Shown here: positions 56,860 through 64,000 of the stretch, piece by piece
Layout: every line of letters begins with the position of its first letter
Position numbering within the stretch: the first letter of the stretch is position 1
Assembly (NCBI RefSeq): GCF_009914755.1
Contig: NC_060942.1
DNA: 64,000 bases
Source of the DNA: the human T2T-CHM13v2.0 reference genome, Homo sapiens
Direction: 5' to 3' (one strand)
Program-made: the position numbers and the translations under genes
The notes under the pieces: model-generated
Databases searched by the model: none
Seen by the model: the letters and a program-made list of their open reading frames with translations, nothing else
What the model was told of the DNA's origin: nothing

Positions 56860-57157
56860 GGCCAGGCATGGTGGCTTACACTTGCAATCCCAGCACTTTG
56901 AGAGGCTAAGGCAGGAGGATCGCTTGAGTCCAGGAGTTCAAGACTAGCTTGGGCAACATAGCAAGGCTCTGTCTCTACTAAAATTAAAAAATTAGCTGGG
57001 CATGGTAGTGTACACCTGTAGTCCTAGCTACTAAGGAGGCTGAGATGGGAGGATCCCTTGTGCCCAGGAGTTCAAGGGTGCAGTGAGCTATGATTGTGCT
57101 GCTGTACTCCAGCTTGGGTGACAGAGCAAGATTCTGTCTCTAAAAAGAAAAAAAAAA
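56860..57157 (+). mobile_element. AluJ, full length
   Basis: GGCAGGAGGATCGCTTGAGTCCAGGAGTTCAAGAC; GCAGTGAGCTATGATTGTG. Confidence 0.93.
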
Positions 57158-58217
57158 TGTTGAATTCATTCTATGAATCAGAGTCATTGACTAAATTATC
57201 AACCTAATAGCCACCAGAAGAAAAGATGGACCCTCACTAAGGCCAGATCTTGGATTTGAAATGAAAGTGGAATGTGAACCCACATGTGGAAACTCACACA
57301 TGTGATATGATTTACTAACAAACATTGATAACACTACTGAAAATATGGTCACTTTAAAGAAACAAGTGACTAAAATCAACAAAAGGCACTTAAAGCAGTA
57401 CTAATGAGCATCTATATCATGTTTTTCTGCTCACAGCATTAGGTCCAGTTTGACTTTTTGGCTTTAGATCATGAGTACCATTTACAAACACACACGCATG
57501 CACACATTTGGGGCCACATTTTTAACTAGTCCTCTTTGGTATTTTAATCTCGTTTTATTCCATGACTACTTTATAACACGTGATTGTCATACATAGCCTA
57601 ATTCTTCCCCCCCTTATTAATTTTATTCTTATTTTCTCCTCTTTGTTCTCTTTTTTCTCTCCTTCCTTTGTGCTAATTTTTATGACTCTTGTTTTCTCTC
57701 TCACTTTGAGTTTTTCCTTTCCATCGTTGCTGTACTCACTTCCTGTTCTTTCTACTTTCTAAACATCCTTCCCATTGCCCTTGTCTCCAGAGCTCTATCT
57801 GGGGATGGGTAGTATTAGATCAGGATTTTCCATGGGAAACCCACTGAATGGTGCTGCCCCGGGATTGAGAAAGACCCAGGAGGTCAAAAGGGCTGAATGT
57901 TCCTGTACTTGTCTTACAACTGAATCCTCTGGCTAGTGGCTTCTTCCTTTTTTTTTTTTTTTTTTTTTGGCTTTGAGACATCTTCGGGTGAGAAAGAAGG
58001 TTATCTTTATAGGAATGTTTTCCTGAATAGAAAGCCAGTTGTGAACATTATGGGAAACTTTGAAGATGAGATGCCTGAGGCAAGTTAACTGGAAAAGTGT
58101 GTAGGTCCTACCAGAAATAATATTCACTGCTCCTCTGAAAGAGTTAGCAGAAGGCTGCAGAGAAATCAGGTTGAGAAAACTTCATAATTCAGCCATAGAC
58201 ATTAGAAAAAGAATCTT

Positions 58218-58554
58218 TTTATTAATTTTTTATTTCCATAGGTTTTGGGGAACAGTTAAAGTATTTGGTTACATAAGTTCTTTTGTGGTGATTTGTGAGA
58301 TTTTGGTGTACCCATCACCCAAGCAGTATACACTGAACCCAATTTGTAGTCTTTTATCCCTCACCCTCTTCCTGCCCTTTCCCTCTGAGTCCCCAAAGTC
58401 CATTGTATCATTCTTATGCCTTTGCATCCTCATAGTTTAGCTCTCACTTATGAGTGAGAACATACTATGTTTGCTTTTTCATTCCTGAGTTACTTCACTT
58501 AGAATAATAGTCTTCAATTCTGTCCAGGTTGCTGCAAATGCCATTAATTCATTC
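58218..58554 (-). mobile_element. L1PB-type 3' end, heavily 5'-truncated
   Basis: CCATAGGTTTTGGGGAACAG...CCCATCACCCAAGCAGTATACACTGAACCC; TSD TTAGAAAA(A)GAATCTT at 58202-58217 and 58555-58569. Confidence 0.9.
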
Positions 58555-58671
58555 TTAGAAAAGAATCTTACTCGGAAATACTTTCCACTATATTCGAGAG
58601 GCCCAAACTACCCTCTTGGTCAGAAAAGTACTCTTCTCCTGCACATGCATCATGATTCACAACCTCGGTAG

Positions 58672-59056
58672 TGTATTGTTTCCTAGGATTGTCATAACAA
58701 AAAAACACATACTGAATGGCTTAAACAACAGATATTTAAAGCACCAATCCTGGAGACTAAAAGTGTAAGACCTAGTTGTCTGCAGCGTTGTTTCTTTTGA
58801 GGCCTGTCTCCTAGGCTTGCAGAAGACCATCTCCCTGTGTCTTCACGTGGCCTTCCCTCTGTAAGGTATGTATCTGTGTCCTAATTTCCTCCTCTTATAA
58901 CGACACCAGTCATAGTGGATTAAGGCCTATGCTAATGACCTTGATTTATCTTAATTACTTCTTTAAAGACTCTATCTCCAAATACAGCCACATTCTAAGG
59001 TCCTGGGGTAAGGCTTCAACATATGAATTTTGGGAGCACACAGTAAGCCCATAACA
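58672..59056 (-). mobile_element. MLT1B/C-like MaLR LTR
   Basis: TGTATTGTTTCCTAGGATTGTCATAACAAA ... AGCCCATAACA; TSD GGTAG / TGTAG. Confidence 0.87.
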
Positions 59057-60261
59057 TGTAGCAAATAGAGTATCTATGCAAATACAGCAGCCTCCAGTTA
59101 ATGATGATGACAGAGTCTCTCCTGGTGTAGAGTCTGGAGAATCTGAGACGCATTAGCTTGTAGAACATTAAAATCATCATGGAGGAAACACATCCCTCGA
59201 ATCTTTGCTTTAGTGCAACAGCTTGCCTCAGAGGCTGTGTTACTGATGAAAGCTATTTCTGCAATAGAAAGCCCTTGGTCTTCATTGTGACCAGCAATGA
59301 GAATCCTACCAAGGGTGTGCTGAGTTTCATGTTGAGCTCTGGCCTGGACAGACCCTGCCCTCTGAACATCTGTAACAGAACCATAGACTTATTTTCTTCA
59401 TGAAAAAGCCCAGGAATCAATTCTATCATGAGAAGATTTGAAATCTATTTTCACCTGAGATTGAGAAAGTAGAAAGATGAGGATGAGATGCTAGAATTTT
59501 GAAAGCACACAAAAACCTCAGAAATTATCTGTATCTGTGTTTCCTGGACTTTTTGCATTTTGCCACCAGCAATTTTTAAGAGGGGTGTCCCTCAGGGTTC
59601 CCCAGTGTTTGCTTTGTTAAATATAGATAGACATCAATGAATGTAAAGAACATATTAACAAAAAGTTAGATGGATATAATCCAGAACATAAACAGATATT
59701 TAAATGGAGTCATTTGTCCTAACAAGCAGGCAAACAAATGCAAACAAGACAAAAACAAAACTCTCTTCACTTAAACATCTTGCCTTATTCTGACAAGAAC
59801 TTCAGCGTGGATCAGGAGCTGTCTGCTGACTCACATTTGAAACCCTCACGGTTCTAGATCAATGATGTTCAAACTTGAGAAAGCTCAGACTCTCTACAAA
59901 CTCAATTTGAGAGACATTAAAATCAAAGTTAGATGTTTCACTTCTAATTTTACTTTGGTGCAACATACTCATAGCAATATTGACTTTTTTTTTTTTTTTT
60001 TGGCAAATGAGAGAGCCTAATGGAGAGAGGTCATAGGAATTAAAAAGCATGATTAGGCTGGGATAGAACAAAAGTCACAAAAGATGCCTGTTTCCTCCCA
60101 TCATGTTTTTAAATATAAGATTTGAACATTTCTACAGATAAGATAATTTAACATAAGGACAGCTATTCAAAAAAGATGGATGTTGGGGTGCTCAGGAAAC
60201 AAAGCCATGACTGATGAAATAAAAAAGGCTGCATCCATCCACCCTACAGTCTTTTCCTGCT

Positions 60262-60446
60262 CCAATTCTTAATCCCTTCTGCATCCGAATCACCCAGAGG
60301 ATATGTTAAAACCAGATTGTTTGGCCGAAGTATATCCAGAGTTTCTGATTCCACAGGTCAGGGTAGGGCCCAATATTTCGCATTGCAATGATTTCCCAGG
60401 TGATGCTGTTGTTGCTGGCTGGAGGGTAACACTTTGAGAACACTTG
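60262..60446 (-). mobile_element. MER5A-like hAT MITE
   Basis: GAATCACC...GAGTTTCTGATTC...CCCAGGTGATGCTGTTGTTGCTGG...CACTTTGAGAAC. Confidence 0.8.
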
Positions 60447-63400
60447 CTCCAACACAGGCTGAGAAGTGGAGCATCCTGACCACCCAGTACTGAGAGGCAG
60501 GAAAGAGCAAATGGGAAAATAGAAAACACGGTGGACGAAGGACGGAATGCAGACCAAGAAGCAGCTCCAAGAGAGTGCAGAGAGATCCAGGGATTTGGGG
60601 ATATGAGCAGATTACTTCTACACAATGCTTCTTAAAATAGTTGCTCTCTGCATTATGCTGGATGCTTTGAAAAACAGACATTCATTACAACTTTAAAAGT
60701 CAAATGACTGCAAAAAAAAAAAAAAATCTTAATTTGAAAGCACAGAGCCCAGGCACTTTAAAATTTGGTGAGCATGCATGATTTTCCATCAGCAGCTGTT
60801 AGGAGGATAATCAAGGATTAAATTTTCATTTAATCATTTTTATATATGAATATACTTCCCTCTCCTTCACCCCAACCCAAGCCATTTGAAAAATGGAACT
60901 GAACCTCTGGCTCCAAGTCTTATCTTCAGAGAACAAATAGATTTCTTCAATTTTGTGAACTTATTAAAGTGATTTAAGAAATATTTGATTTAATTCCTAT
61001 TTTCTAAATTAAATTTTTATAGAAAATAATAGTTTGTTTTGTTTTTACTATAGTGTTCTCATGTGCCTGAGTGGGTGAGGAGATTCTATTCTATATCTAG
61101 AAAGAAATCTGGGCAAATTATATCTTATTTGAATCCAAGGCTTGCTGGAAATTGGTGAAAGTGGACATGAGGGGGACATGAGGAAGTTTCATAGCAGAAC
61201 CAAAGGACCGAACGCTAGAAGGGGCCCTAGGGGTCATCCAGGCACATAGCTTTATTTTATAGGTGGGGAGTCCCAGGTCCTGGGACGATCCCTGTGCCGA
61301 TCATCACACAGCCAGGCAGTGTCCATCCTGGGACTGTCAACCAGCTCCTCTCATTCAGTCGACACTCTTGCCAGCTGGCCATGTGCCTCCTCAAAGAACC
61401 AATAGAGCTCCAGCTCTACTAACTGGGTAAATGGTCTGTTAACTGGGTAAATTGTCATGTCCTGTATTTGGTTTTGACTCCAAGTCCTGGCACCCTGGGG
61501 AGAGACACAGGAACCTAGAGGATCTTGAAAGCAGCCTTGAAGACAAGTCCTGGACACATGTCAGCCACTAGGCATCTTCAGCCCAGAGCAAGTGAGCTAA
61601 CATATTAGAGGCCACACACATATTTCCATCACATGAGCTGAGATGCTGAAAATTTGGAAAGGGGTCCTCAGGGGAAGAGGAGAGAAGTGCAAATATAAAC
61701 CATCCAACTGCACAATTTGGTGAAGATTTTTGCTTCCATAGACTGTGAAACAACCTCAATTTTCATGCTTTGAAGGCCTGCAGGCAGCTGACTGGATTTT
61801 GCTTTTTCTCTGGGAAGAATCCACACTCCCTTGTCTCTATGTTTGAGGAGAGAAATCCTCTATTTGAATCTTCTTTATTTCAGCAATCTCGGTGAAAATA
61901 AGAGGTCACCAAGGAGTGGGGTGTGGGGGACCGTAAGCCATCCTCAGGGGCCTGACCTGGGTTTCCGTTTGCAGCAGCCTGGAGGGGGCCACGTTCTTCC
62001 TGCGCCCCATAGCTGCCCCAAGGAGGCCAATGATGCTGGCAGGCTCAAGCTGGGCTTTGCCAAACCAGAGGGAAGGACTTCCCAACCCTTCCCTGGGGCA
62101 GGCCTGGGCAGCCGCCCACATTTACTCCGATTGATTCCAGCTGCACAGTGCCTGGCTGGCCTGGCCTTCTGCATTAGTAATGCTGTGTGAAGGGAAAGGA
62201 ATACCAGCACACTTGCTCCCCTACCCATCCCCTTTACCTCCACATGGCCATCTTGCCAATTCTCTCACCATACTCACTTCCATTTCCTGCTTCTTTCCTT
62301 CTCTCTCTTCTTTTCCCATTCCCCCCGAACACACTGTGCTACCCTTTCTCTTTCTCTGCATCTTTTCCGGCTCTGCATTTATATCCACCCAGACTTTCTC
62401 CCTCTCCCAGGGGCTTGCTGTAGCACCCTGCTGTTTTCTCTTCCTACTGCTGGCTCACATCACCTCTAGTGTCACACCAGAGTTAAGCCATCCTCATTGC
62501 TCCTTTTAAATAGAGAGAGAGAGAGATGTTGATTTTGCACAGCTGCAAGCAGGATTGAGCAAGATGGCTCTTTACAGCATGGTCTTTTGTGGCCAAAAAG
62601 GGAGAGCGCATTTGTGTGTGTTTAGCAGCTTTGTCCGGGGCTCCATTGTCCAGCATTCAAGAGCAGATCCCTACTTTGCCAGAGAATCACAGACAAATAG
62701 TCAATTTGCTTTAAAAGACCCTTGATTGAAACCTTTGGAGAACTCTACCTTTGGCCGTGGTTTCAGAAAGTGATTGCCTGTCATCTCAAGATGTTAGAGT
62801 CAACAGCAGGTCTGCTCAGGACCACATGTTTATTTTCCACAGTGGCATGTGCTAGGTCACGTGGTGTCCATTTAATTTCCACGACTGACATTCCACAGGT
62901 CTGAGATTTCATTCCTCTGGGATTATTTCAAATACTTGTGGTTTTAACTAGCAGGGGGAAAATATATATATATTTAAAAAGGAAAAGCATAAGCCACCAG
63001 CCCCTGCACCCCCTGCACCCCCTTCAATGGTGTCCTTGGCAGAGTTTTGTGGGCAGCTCCTCCGCCCTTTACCTCTCAGAAACCTCCAGGCAGAGGGATC
63101 CCAGAGAGCATAGAAAGGCCCGGATGTATGCTTTCTAGAGATCTTAAAAGACTAAGCCTTTTGAATTGACTTCAGCCTTTCATAATTGGGGCAGTCATTG
63201 TACTTTTGATTCCTGACACCTGCCTTTGTCTCGCCCACTGACAAGCTGGGTTATGGGACTCAGCGTTCTGGAGGTGCCGGAACAAATGTCCACCCCTATC
63301 CCCAGGGTACTTGATATTTCCTGGTGAAGAGACTGGTGGTACCTTTTATCTAACATTCCCTAGTTAGATCTCAGACGGTAGAGGAAAGAGGAGAAAACTC

Positions 63401-64000
63401 TTACTGAAGTATTTGGATTGTTGTTTCTCACTGGGAGTTAAAGGAACAGAAATAGATAAACTATGGCTGCTACAGAAGAATGAGGTGTCAGCAACAGGGC
63501 CAGCCCAAAGCTAAATTGTGGGGAAAAAAATAAGTTGACATCATCTTCATTTCAATCACCCCCTTCCATCTCTTTGAATTCCACTGAAACCTGGCACTTC
63601 TTTATGATAGTTCAACTGCCTGGAGAACTCCTGATAGGTGTGTTGTGCAGGGCCAAGAATGGCCTTCTGTGTCCTGCCTCTCCTTCTCTGTGATTCTTAC
63701 AACTCCAATGCCTCATTCCCTCTTAGCTAATCCTGTGCTAAGGAACAGTTAAACTCAATTCGGTGGAAGGCATCTTAATGGATCATACTTTTGTGTTGCT
63801 TCTCTGATGTGATAATTTCATTTTAACAAAGGGTTAGTTACCAATGATAGAACTATCATTAAGACAGATTCTGGAAGGTTCAAATCCAACAGGAAACTTG
63901 CTATCACCAATTGATGACCAAAATCAGAACCTAATGGTTTACAGTTTTTACTTCTCAAAACTATTTTTCTTGACTGTGTTGGGAAAGAAAGGGAAAAGGG

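Noticed and set aside
57822-57842. GGATTTTCC-AT-GGGAAACCC quasi-palindrome (NF-kB/NFAT-like)
   Set aside because: Single imperfect motif with no supporting context.
61420-61460. Short tandem duplications (TAACTGGGTAAAT twice; also ~10492-10517, ~41719-41744, ~46200-46250, ~63001-63024)
   Set aside because: Ordinary slippage duplications with no further structure.
62458-62474. CTCF-like CACCTCTAGTGTC (and CCCTGCTGGCC near 23657)
   Set aside because: Mismatches at key core positions.

Overview
Primate (human-like) non-coding genomic DNA, AT-rich, with no CpG island and no supportable protein-coding gene, RNA gene or CRISPR array. I cannot assign the locus from sequence alone. Much of the window is interspersed repeat: about 12 Alus (J, S and Y lineages), one 5'-inverted L1PA, older L1PB/L1MA/L1M fragments, a MER57 solo LTR, several MaLR LTRs (MLT1, MST, THE1), MIR, L2 and hAT fossils, plus simple repeats. 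Repeat subfamilies are recalled by eye and need RepeatMasker confirmation. I found no new gene system. The most notable signals are: (1) an Alu whose left arm is flipped, as expected from twin priming on its internal A-linker (53748-54079); (2) a ~335-bp copy of a neighbouring L1 5' junction pasted into a MIR about 3 kb downstream, sharing an identical 24-bp tag (44035-44058 = 47702-47725); (3) a ~715-bp uninterrupted purine-pyrimidine alternating minisatellite grown inside the donor L1; (4) a near-consensus CTCF site beside a candidate lncRNA exon; (5) NRF2/AP-1 and HOX/TCF motif clusters in repeat-free, enhancer-like islands.
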